DNA from: Eledone cirrhosa
Taxonomy: Eukaryota
Assembly: GCA_964016885.1 (NCBI GenBank)
Contig: OZ024744.1
Location: forward strand, 125,054,001-125,118,000
Length of the DNA: 64,000 nt
Direction of reading: 5' to 3'
The notes beneath the pieces are model-generated. The model was not told the DNA's origin, did no database searches, and saw only the letters and a list, made by a program, of their open reading frames with translations. Shown one piece after another: positions 1-10,200 of this stretch. A program made the position numbers and the translations under genes. Numbering within the stretch: position 1 is the stretch's first letter; each line of letters starts with the position of its first letter.

Positions 1-164
1 CTGGTCTGGGGTTCAATCCTGCTCAGGAGATACTCTAAGGGGGTTCATACTAAACTTCTTCAGTGTTTCTTATCTCTAGAGACAAATATATATACATAAG
101 GTAATCTGGTAAAGTTGTTAGAACATCACATAGAATTCTTTGTAGTATTTTTTCCAGTTCTTCA

Positions 165-235
165 ATCTGAGTTCAACTTTACTTTTCTTCCATTCGGGGT
201 TGATAATAACGTACCAGTCAAATACTAGGGGTTAA
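165..235 (+). mobile_element. Decayed SINE fragment (copy at ~35768-35838)
   Basis: tctgagttcaactttacttttcttccattcggggttgataataacgtaccagt resembles the SINE body at 27769. Confidence 0.6.
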
Positions 236-349
236 TTCTTCCTCTATATCTCTTTCTCACTCTCTGTCTGTTTTATTAAGACCTGGAGAGGTGATGTACT
301 CTACCAGGTTTTATAATGAGTGATGGGGTCATACCTGCCTGCTACACCT

Positions 350-672
350 CTGTGTACTAAGTGTAGCATATTATATCCTTGTTCAGGGCCTTCCTGACAT
401 TACTGTGTACTAAGGGTAGCATTTTATATCCTTGTTCAGGGCCATCTTAACATTGCTGTGTACTAAGTGTAGCATATTATATCCTTGTTCGGGGCCTTCC
501 TGACATTAGTGTGTACTGAGTGTAGATTTTAACATCCTTGTTCTGGGCCTTCCTAACATTACTGTGTACTGAGTGTAGATTTTAACATCTTTGTTCAGAG
601 CCTTCCTTACATTACTGTGTACTAAGTGTAGCATTTCATATACTTGTTCTGGGCCTTCCTAACGTTACTGTG
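350..672. repeat. 53 bp minisatellite, ~6 copies (copy at ~35953-36275)
   Basis: Unit tgtgtactaagtgtagcatattatatccttgttcagggccttcctgacattac recurs at 351, 404 and onward. Confidence 0.9.
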
Positions 673-1450
673 GAAATAGTAGTTTATATCCAATATGTAA
701 TATAGATATGGATTCTACAGGACTAAAACTCATTAATATGAGGGGTATTAGTAGATTATATGCCATATTTAATAGAGAAATGGCTTCTACAAGACTAAAA
801 CTCATTAATATGAGGGGTATTACAGTTTATATGCCATATTTAATACAGAAATGGCTTCTAAAGGACTAGAACTCTTTAAATTGAATAAAATAGTAGTATA
901 TATCCTATGTTTAATACAGAAATGCCTTCTAAAGGACTCATTAATATGAGGGTATTAGTAGATTATATAACATATTTAATACAGAAATGGCTTTTAAATT
1001 CAGGGACTCGTTAATTTGATGGAAATAGTAGTGTCTATGCAATATTTAATACAGAAATAGCTTCTACAGGACTAAAACTAATTAATATGAGGGGTATTAG
1101 TAGTATATGTGCCATATTTAATACAGAGATGGCTTCTAAATGGAGGTATCTCATTAATTCGATTGAAATGGTAGTGTATATGCAATATTTAATACAGAAA
1201 TAGCTTCTACAAGAATAAAACTCATTAATATGAAGGTTATTATTACATTATATGCCATATTTAATACAGAAATCGGTTCTAAAGGACTAGAACTCTTTAA
1301 TTCAAATCAAATAGTAGTATAAAGCAATATTTACTACAGAAATGGCTTCTACAAGACTAAAAATCCTTAATATGAGGGGTATTGTTAGATTATATACCAT
1401 ATTTAATACAGAAATGGCTTCTAAATGAAGAAATCTCTTTAATTCGATAG
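673..1450. repeat. ~71 bp AT-rich minisatellite, ~11 diverged copies (copy at ~36276-37053)
   Basis: aata(c/g)agaaatggcttcta recurs at 771, 842, 913 and onward. Confidence 0.9.
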
Positions 1451-2120
1451 TAATAGTAATAATAATAATAGTAATAGTAATAATACAGCCAATTTTCCAC
1501 GCAATACTTTTAGTTAGCACCCCGAACGCATAATTGGGAATATAATCACTTATTTCCTAATGTTTGTTGAGTGAGTTGGGAAAAAAAACTTGGGAAATAT
1601 ATTTTCAGGGTCTCAAAATCTTAAAGAGAAAAAAAAGTCCTGTGGAAGGTAGCAAAACAATTAGGAAGAAAATGGTTTGAAGTTGGTTGGTGAGTATAAG
1701 ATTACAGTATCTTGTTGATTTCTATAAAGTTTACTTTTAACTGAATTGGTAAAAATGGATAAATTAGAAGACACAATATAATAACTAATATTGTCTTCTA
1801 AAACAGGGAATAAAAATATGTTGGTGTATTGGGGGGGGGGGGTAAACATGTGAGTTAATGGGAATGTTTTTGTTTGTTTTTATTGAAACATATTCAATCT
1901 ACAGATAGGTTGTTATAGTTATTTAGTCTCGGGTCTGCCATTATCTGCAGATTTATAATTGAGGGGTGTTCCAGGTGTGACCACCCTACATTATTCCTAG
2001 AGATTGTTACTCCTTCATTCTTCAGTCATCTTGGTCTTCTTATGAGATGGTGGTGTAGTCTTATTTATTGTTAAGGTTATGGTCTTCCTTTGTCCACACT
2101 CTCTATCTATCTATCTATCT

Positions 2121-3259
2121 GGAACGAGGTTACGAACAAGGTGTTTGCACTAACCCAGAAATGGGCCAAGTGTAAGCTGTCCCTAAAAGGCCGGGCGGAG
2201 GTGGCGAACATTTACATAGCGTCCGTCACTTACTACCGCCTGACTGTCGTGCCTTGCCCTAAGGAAACACTCACCACCATGGAACGCATGCTCTTCCAAT
2301 TTCTTTGGAAGAAGCGTCCTCCTATGGTGAGAAGATCCATCTGCTGCCAACAACCTTCGAAAGGAGGGCTGGGGATGCCGTGGTTGATGATGCGTAGGCA
2401 CGCATTAAGGCTACGGCACCTACAGGTATTCCTCACTGGTCAACCGGTGTGGGCTCCGTTCGTGAAACGAGCCTTTCCGAGACTCGTCTCACTCACCGAG
2501 CTACAGTCCTGGGTCAAGCAAAGATCCGGAAAACTGGGAGACTGGCACACTGAGTGTGCTCAGGCGCTCAGGGCTCTCTGGCAAGCGGGCCGGGCCATCG
2601 GTGGAGAATCCACCTCATCATTCTATAGAGGGCTGGTGGCTAGCAGGGGCGATGACACCCTTGGAGAGTCGCTGGACATGGAAGAAGACGAACTGGCCAG
2701 CCTGTTCGGTAGGACTTTCGGCCCGGGACCAATGGACAACTTCCAGAAGTCACTGGCCTGGCAGTGCTACCGAGGGGCTCTACCCGTTCGAGAGAGGCTC
2801 TACAGACACGGGCGCCCGGGCAGGGATCCCTCAAAAAAGATTTGCCCTAGGTGCGTGCGTCACGAAGAAACCGTGGCGCACGCATTGGTGCAATGTCCTG
2901 GCGTGGCTGATCTGTGGGGCTACGCCGAACAACTGCTGTCGCGGGTGGCGCCGATTAAATTGACCGCCGAGTCCGTGATGACAATCAAACCGCCTCCCCT
3001 CTTCACAAAGGAAGCAAAGGCGGTTTTTCTGTGCGTAATAGCCATGTTGAAAGAGGTTGTTTGGTGGACACGATTGAAAGGTCTGAGGTCAGGCAACTTC
3101 CTCTCTGGCCATAGTCTGGTCTACTTCTTCCGATATCACTTCGGAAGAAGGATAAGAATGGAGAGAGAGGTGCTTGGCCACAGGCAGTTTTATGAAAGGT
3201 GGGTGATAGTGGCGAGAATGGCTCGTGTAAATGGGCCTTCTCTGTATACCATCCTGTAG
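2121..3259 (+). CDS. Partial ORF2 (post-RT region plus zf-RVT CCHC knuckle) of the L1/Tx1-like element; no native start
   Basis: Motifs LSLKGRAEVAN, KGGLGMP, LAWQCYRGALPV and CPRC-x8-H-x4-C. No stop codons over ~379 codons. ORF-track residues before 2121 come from the flanking microsatellite. Confidence 0.85.
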
Positions 3260-3473
3260 GTAAAGAAGTAAAGGAGAGGGGAGCACCTTCTCCATGTGCT
3301 CCCCGGGCAAAGGATTGCACACTTTTTCGGGGGTGTGTGCAACCCCCATCACGTCCCCTCCCTTTTGAGGTTATTTTCGATTATTTTCATGTTACACCCT
3401 TTTTACTCGATTATATGTAAACTCCCCCTTTGTATTTGTCCCTTCTTTTTATGCCTTTATGGTAAATAAAGAA
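2121..3473 (+). mobile_element. 5'-truncated L1/Tx1-clade non-LTR retrotransposon inserted in a (TATC)n microsatellite
   Basis: Open ORF2 C-terminus, then a 3' UTR with AATAAA at 3465-3470. Flanked on both sides by TATC repeats. Absent from the paralogous site at 37687-37722. Confidence 0.9.
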
Positions 3474-3799
3474 ATCTATCTATCTATCAAAGGCTTCCTT
3501 CTCTGGAAAAAGATGATTTAATATTCACAACCATCTGTCTAATTGTTTTCTGATGAGAATAAAGTTAATCTTGCTTGTATGTCTACCTGATCAAATGACT
3601 GGCTGATATCTTGAAGTCATTTACACCACAGAACTGTAGGAGTCTTGATCCCTCAAGCCATACCTCTAGCCATCATGTACTCCAAAAGAGTCTCACCTTG
3701 GTGCTACTCAACATGTCCATTAAATTTAGCAGCAAGGATGCCCTCTTCTTAGTGAGAGACAACTACAAGAGAGGTTCTTAGAGAAGAATAAGCCACTAT

Positions 3800-4510
3800 A
3801 GTTAACTTTTGTTGACATAGAGAACCCCGATCTGTCATCTGGTGGTCCTTAAGGAAACTAGGTGTAGGGGAATGGCTTGTGAGGACAGTGCAAGCTATGT
3901 ACAAGGGTGCTGTCAGTAAAGTGAGAGGAGGAATTCCAGAAACAAAGTAGGTGTACATCAGGGTTCGGTCCTCAGTCCGCTCTTGTTCATTATAGTCCTC
4001 CCTCCCTCCCTCCCTCCCTCCCTCCAAGCCATAACAGAGGAGGAGTAGTTTAAGACTGGATGCCCATGGGAACTTCTCTATGCTGACGATCTGGTTCTTA
4101 TAGCAGAATCAGTAGAGGAGCTAGCTAGAGAATAAATTCTGGCTATGGAAACAGCAGTAGTTGGAATCAAGAAGACTGAGAGTGAACCTAGCTAAGACAA
4201 AAGTGTTTATAAGTAGAAGAGAGGACAAAACTCTGATTCTGTCAGGGAAATGGCCATGTTCGATATGTAGGAAAGGAGTTGGCATAAATTCTATGAAATG
4301 TAGTACGCAATGCAGATCTTGGCTACACAAGAGATGTAGTGGGATAGCAGGAAAACTGACTGACAGGTAGGGAGAAATACGTATGCAGTAGATGTACAGG
4401 GAAATTTGACAGAGATTGCAGTGATAGACACATTTTTCAAATGCAGGTGGGATCTATAGAGGGAGTTGATAGCTTCTGATACCTAGGTGATCAGATTAGT
4501 AAGGGAGGAG
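3800..4510 (+). pseudogene. Decayed RTE-like LINE reverse transcriptase fragment (copy at ~38030-38750)
   Basis: QGSVLSPLLF at ~3958, PWELLYADDLV at ~4063-4096, LRVNLAKTKV, and the Cys-rich WPCSICRKGVG..WLHKRCSG insert. Frameshifts and stops are present. Confidence 0.85.
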
Positions 4511-4575
4511 GGTGATATAAAATATATTGTTATCATGACTGTCTTTATTATTTAAATTACCTCTGTCTATTTACA

Positions 4576-4720
4576 GATTTTACAGAGTGTACTGGGTGCT
4601 TTTATGATGGGAGCAGCAACTCTATACGATTTTACAGAGTGTACTTGGTGCTTTTATCATGGCACATGGCAGCAGCAGCAGCAGCAACTACGATTTTACA
4701 GAGTGTACTTGGTGCTTTTT
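4576..4720. repeat. Short ~50-65 bp tandem repeat, 3 copies
   Basis: gattttacagagtgtact(g/t)ggtgctttta occurs three times. Confidence 0.7.
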
Positions 4721-4924
4721 ACTCTGACATCAGCACTGAGGAAGTTGTCATATTTTCAGCTAAATTAATGAGTAGAAAAACCAAGTTTCTGCTACAAAAA
4801 ATTCTCAGATTCAAGGGAGACATTCAGTTTAAGTATGGTATACTGTCACTAAGGCAGCAAATTGGCAGAGTCGCTAGAATATCAGATAGCATTCTTTACA
4901 TTATTTGTTTCAGCTCTCTGTTCT

Positions 4925-5010
4925 CTCAATTCAAATCCTGCTCAGGTCAACTTTGCCTTTCATCCATACAAAATAGATTAATAAAAGTACCAGTGTATTA
5001 CTGGGGTCAA
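4925..5010 (+). mobile_element. Decayed SINE fragment (copy at ~39163-39248)
   Basis: ttcaaatcctgctcaggtcaactttgcctttcatcc...aaagtaccagtgtattactggggtc. Confidence 0.7.
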
Positions 5011-5043
5011 TTCTTCTTCTAACTCTTCTGCACTTCCATTCTC

Positions 5044-5080
<37 letters not shown>

Positions 5081-5329
5081 GCTTCTTTAGAACACATCTG
5101 CTGTATTCAGACCTGGAGCGGAGATGGGCTCCACCAAGTTTTAAAAATTGCCCTTTAAGCGCTGTATGTCAATATGGTGCCCCTATGATTCCCTCCCTCA
5201 GGAGTTATGGGACCATAGATACTGTCAATTGTAAAGAATAACAGAGATATTCAGTGCTAGTGTGGTGTTCTGTCAGTTGTGGAGATTGATGAATCTAAAC
5301 AGAAATATCAACAGCACTTTTCATTTCTG

Positions 5330-5500
5330 AGTAACACATTTGTTACCAAGTGCTGCATGGCTGGAATGAAAATCAGTGCTGTGAAAACCAAGACATTCAT
5401 CCTCTCAAGGAAGCTTGTGCAGTGCACTCTACATGTAAATGGAGTCCCACTGAAGCAGGTAGAAAAGTTCATGTATCTCGAAGCTGTGTTCACGAGTGAT
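5330..5500 (+). pseudogene. LINE RT C-terminal fragment (copy at ~39600-39772)
   Basis: GMKISAVKTK..NGVPLKQVEKFMYL..FTSD resembles the LINE RT thumb motif (xVxxFKYLG). Confidence 0.7.
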
Positions 5501-5639
5501 GACAGAGACGGCAAAGGCACAACACACAACAGAAGAAAAGAACAATGACAATTATTATTATTATTATTATTATTATTTGTTTTATTAGTTTTATTATAAT
5601 AAAAATTGTGCTGTTAGTTTGCTTGCTATACCATCATGT

Positions 5640-5733
5640 ACCCTAACCCTAAACCTAACCCCAACTCCAACTCTGACCCTAAACCTAACCCCAACCCCAA
5701 CCCCAACCCTAACCCTAACCCTAACCCTAACCC
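5640..5733 (-). repeat. Interstitial telomere-type (CCCTAA)n tract, partly degenerate (copy at 39915-40002)
   Basis: CCCTAA and CCCCAA hexamers. Four perfect units directly abut the first 170 bp repeat. Confidence 0.9.
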
Positions 5734-6657
5734 ACGATAGAAGACGTTCGTTACCGCTGGAGCAACGCAAATTACTCCTCGGTTGACGCCAAAAACGAAC
5801 GCCTTCTCGACGGCTAGCCGCATTTCGTGATCCGCCTTTCGATTGCGCTTCCGTCGCGGAAAAAGAATTGCCTTTATAGGCCGCCGCCGCCCGACCGGAC
5901 CCACGATAGAAGACGTTCGTTACCGCTGGAGCAACGCAAATTACTCCTCGGTTGACGCCAAAAACGAACGCCTTCTCGACGGCTAGCCGCATTTCGTGAT
6001 CCGCCTTTCGATTGCGCTTCCGTCGCGGAAAAAGAATTGCCTTTATAGGCCGCCGCCGCCGCCCGACCGGACCCACGATAGAAGACGTTCGTTACCGCTG
6101 GAGCAACGCAAATTACTCCTCGGTTGACGCCAAAAACGAACGCCTTCTCGACGGCTAGCCGCATTTCGTGATCCGCCTTTCGATTGCGCTTCCGTCGCGG
6201 AAAAAGAATTGCCTTTATAGGCCGCCGCCGCCCGACCGGACCCACGATAGAAGACGTTCGTTACCGCTGGAGCAACGCAAATTACTCCTCGGTTGACGCC
6301 AAAAACGAACGCCTTCTCGACGGCTAGCCGCATTTCGTGATCCGCCTTTCGATTGCGCTTCCGTCGCGGAAAAAGAATTGCCTTTATAGGCCGCCGCCGC
6401 CCGACCGGACCCACGATAGAAGACGTTCGTTACCGCTGGAGCAACGCAAATTACTCCTCGGTTGACGCCAAAAACGAACGCCTTCTCGACGGCTAGCCGC
6501 ATTTCGTGATCCGCCTTTCGATTGCGCTTCCGTCGCGGAAAAAGAATTGCCTTTATAGGCCGCCGCCGCCGCCCGACCGGACCCACGATAGAAGACGTTC
6601 GTTACCGCTGGAGCAACGCAAATTACTCCTCGGTTGACGCCAAAAACGAACGCCTTC
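5731..6657 (+). repeat. GC/CpG-rich 169-172 bp tandem repeats (5 full + 1 partial), probable rDNA intergenic-spacer subrepeats
   Basis: cccacgatagaagacgttcg at 5731, 5900, 6072, 6241, 6410 and 6582. Length varies by one GCC triplet. The array lies ~350 bp upstream of an 18S 5' end; the IGS role is inferred from position. Confidence 0.85.
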
Positions 6658-7014
6658 CGGTTCGGGCGACGTAAAAGTCTGTAGCCTTTTCGCCGATCCT
6701 CGACGATTATCCGCCTTCCGAACAACCGCCTTTCCGCCGTCACAGCAGTAGGTACTCGTCCGTCGTAATAGCCGTCATTTTAATGCAGGAGAAACGCCTA
6801 AATGCACTGCGATTGACGACGATCTACGACGCGCTTACTCTTCCTTGCTGCGACGAAGGTTTCGTTCGGCTTTTCGTCGTGGACCCGGTCAGGTCATGCC
6901 GCTGATCTCGCGTTGCGTCGTTACCGCTGGAGCAACGCAAATTACTCCTCGTTTAACGCCAACATCGAACGCGCTTCGGTTCTCGGTCGTCGTTGTTTTG
7001 TTTCGTGCGGAAGA
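6658..7014 (+). other. Putative 5' ETS / spacer-derived sequence upstream of 18S (copy at ~40759-41115)
   Basis: CpG-rich. Contains one further partial spacer motif (gttaccgctggagcaacgcaaattactcctcg at ~6920) and abuts the 18S start. Confidence 0.55.
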
Positions 7015-7200
7015 TACCTGGGTGATCCTGCCAGTAGTCATATGCTTGTCTCAAAGCTTAAGCCATGCAAGTGGAAGTTCATGCCGTAAACGAAAATGGT
7101 GAAACCGCGAATGGCTCAGGAACCGGATCTAATCCTCGGGACCGTATTCCTCACCGCGAGGAGAGGATAACTGTGGCAATTCTAGAGCTAATACATGCAA
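7015..7200 (+). pseudogene. 18S rRNA 5' fragment (~185 nt only)
   Basis: tacctgggtgatcctgccagtagtcatatgcttgtctcaaagcttaagccatgca (EukA/NS1-type start), gtgaaaccgcgaatggctca and ggataactgtggcaattctagagctaatacatgc, all in canonical order. Confidence 0.95.
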
Positions 7201-10200
7201 TTGAGATCGGAGAGGGAGCGATCCGTCTGCTTGATTCCGATAACGAACGAGACATTCGTATCCGAAAGAACGTTTGTCTGGAAACTGGTGCAGTCAGTGA
7301 GTCGAAAAAAAAATATCTCGGTGGTAGTAGCAAATATTCGAACGAGACATTCGTATGCGAAAGAACGTTTGTCGGTGGTAGTAGCAAATATTCGAACGAG
7401 ACATTCGTATGCGAAAGAACGTTTGTCTGGAAGTGGCGATCCATGCCCGGTGGATAGTTGGTTCCGGGTTTTACTATGATTGTTGCAAAACAGAAACTTA
7501 AAGGGATTGACAGAATTTGCGATTCCGGAGAGAGGGCGATCCGTCTGCTTGATTCCGATAACGAACGAGACATTCGTATCCGAAAGAACGTTTGTCTGGA
7601 AACTGGTGAGTCAGTGAGTCGAAAAAAAAAATATCTCGGTGGTAGTAGCAAATATTCGTATGCGAAAGAAAAGATCTCGGTGGTAGTAGCAAATATTCGA
7701 ACGAGACATTCGTAGGCGAAAGAAAAATATCTCGGTGGTAGTAGCAAATATTCGAACGAGACATTCGTATGCGAAAGAACGTTTGTCGGTGGTAGTAGCA
7801 AATATTCGAACGAGACATTCGTATGCGAAAGAACGTTTGTCGGTGGTAGTAGCAAATATTCGAACGAGACATTCGTATGCGAAAGAACGTTTGTCTGGAA
7901 GTGGCGATCCATGCCCGGTGGATAGTTGGTTCCGGGTTTTACTATGATTGTTGCAAAACAAAAACTTAAAGGGATTGACAGAATTTGCGATTCCGGAGAG
8001 AGGGCGATCCGTCTGCTTGATTCCGATAACGAACGAGACATTCGTATCCGAAAGAACGTTTGTCTGGAAACTGGTGAGTCAGTGAGTCGAAAAAATAATA
8101 TCTCGGTGGTAGTAGCAAATATTCGAACGAGACATTCGTATGCGAAAGAACGTTTGTCGGTGGTAGTAGCAAATATTCGAACGAGACATTCGTATGCGAA
8201 AGAACGTTTGTCTGGAAGTGGCGATCCATGCCCGGTGGATAGTTGGTTCCGGGTTTTACTATGATTGTTGCAAAACAGAAACTTAAAGGGATTGACAGAA
8301 TTTGCGATTACGGAGAGGGGGCGATCCGTCTGCTTGATTCCGATAACGAACGAGACATTCGTATCCGAAAGAACGTTTGTCTGGAAACTGGTGAGTCAGT
8401 GAGTCGAAAAAAAAATATCTCGGTGGTAGTAGCAAATATTCGAACGAGACATTCGTATGCGAAAGAACGTTTGTCGGTGGTAGTAGCAAATATTCGAACG
8501 AGACATTCGTATGCGAAAGAACGTTTGTCTGGAAGTGGCGATCCATGCCCGGTGGATAGTTGGTTCCGGGTTTTACTATGATTGTTGCAAAACAGAAACT
8601 TAAAGGGATTGACAGAATTTGCGATTACGGAGAGGGGGCGATCCGTCTGCTTGATTCCGATAACGAACGAGACATTCGTATCCGAAAGAACGTTTGTCTG
8701 GAAACTGGTGAGTCAGTGAGTCGAAAAAAAAAATATCTCGGTGGTAGTAGCAAATATTCGAACGAGACATTCGTATGCGAAAGAACGTTTGTCGGTGGTA
8801 GTAGCAAATATTCGAACGAGACATTCGTATGCGAAAGAACGTTTGTCTGGAAGTGGCGATCCATGCTCGGTGGATAGTTGGTTCCGGGTTTTACTATGAT
8901 TGTTGCAAAACAGAAACTTAAAGGGATTGACAGAATTTGCCATTCCGGAGAGGGGGCGATCCGTCTGCTTGATTCCGATAACGAACGAGACATTCGTATC
9001 CGAAAGAACGTTTGTCTGGAAACTGGTGAGTCAGTGAGTCGAAAAAAAAAATATCTCGGTGGTAGTAGCAAATATTCGTATGCGAAAGAAAAGATCTCGG
9101 TGGTAGTAGCAAATATTCGAACGAGACATTCGTAGGCGAAAGAAAAATATCTCGGTGGTAGTAGCAAATATTCGAACGAGACATTCGTATTCGAAAGAAC
9201 GTTTGTCTGGAAGTTGCGATCCATGCCCGGTGGATAGTTGGTTCCGGGTTTTACTATGATTGTTGCAAAACAGAAACTTAAAGGGATTGACAGAATTTGC
9301 GATTCCGGAGAGGGGGCGATCCGTCTGCTTGATTCCGATAACGAACGAGACATTCGTATCCGAAAGAACGTTTGTCTGGAAACTGGTGAGTCAGTGAGTC
9401 GAAAAAAAAAATATCTCGGTGGTAGTAGCAAATATTCGAACGAGACATTCGTATGCGAAAGAACGTTTGTCGGTGGTAGTAGCAAATATTCGAACGAGAC
9501 ATTCGTATGCGAAAGAACGTTTGTCGGTGGTAGTAGCAAATATTCGAACGAGACATTCGTATGCGAAAGAACGTTTGTCTGGAAGTGGCGATCCATGCCC
9601 GGTGGATAGTTGGTTCCGGGTTTTACTATGATTGTTGCAAAACAGAAACTTAAAGGGATTGACAGAATTTGCGATTCCGGAGAGGGGGCGATCCGTCTGC
9701 TTGATTCCGATAACGAACGAGACATTCGTATCCGAAAGAACGTTTGTCTGGAAACTGGTGAGTCAGTGAGTCGAAAAAAAAATATCTCGGTGGTAGTAGC
9801 AAATATTCGAACGAGACATTCGTATGCGAAAGAACGTTTGTCTGGAAGTGGCGATCCATGCCCGGTGGATAGTTGGTTCCGGGTTTTACTATGATTGTTG
9901 CAAAACAAAAACTTAAAGGGATTGACAGAATTTGCGATTCCGGAGAGAGGGCGATCCGTCTGCTTGATTCCGATAACGAACGAGACATTCGTATCCGAAA
10001 GAACGTTTGTCTGGAAACTGGTGAGTCAGTGAGTCGAAAAAAAAATATCTCGGTGGTAGTAGCAAATATTCGAACGAGACATTCGTATGCGAAAGAACGT
10101 TTGTCGGTGGTAGTAGCAAATATTCGAACGAGACATTCGTATGCGAAAGAACGTTTGTCTGGAAGTGGCGATCCATGCCCGGTGGATAGTTGGTTCCGGG

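Noticed and set aside
4639-5022. 127 aa ORF as a host gene
   Set aside because: It has a GTG start, spans a tandem repeat and a SINE, and shows no domain motif.
5640-5733. True chromosome end
   Set aside because: The tract is short and internal, with continuous flanking sequence in both copies.
5594-6743. MGPVGRRR... ORFs with GLGLGL/VRVRVR tails
   Set aside because: Translations of the 170 bp repeat and the telomeric hexamers.
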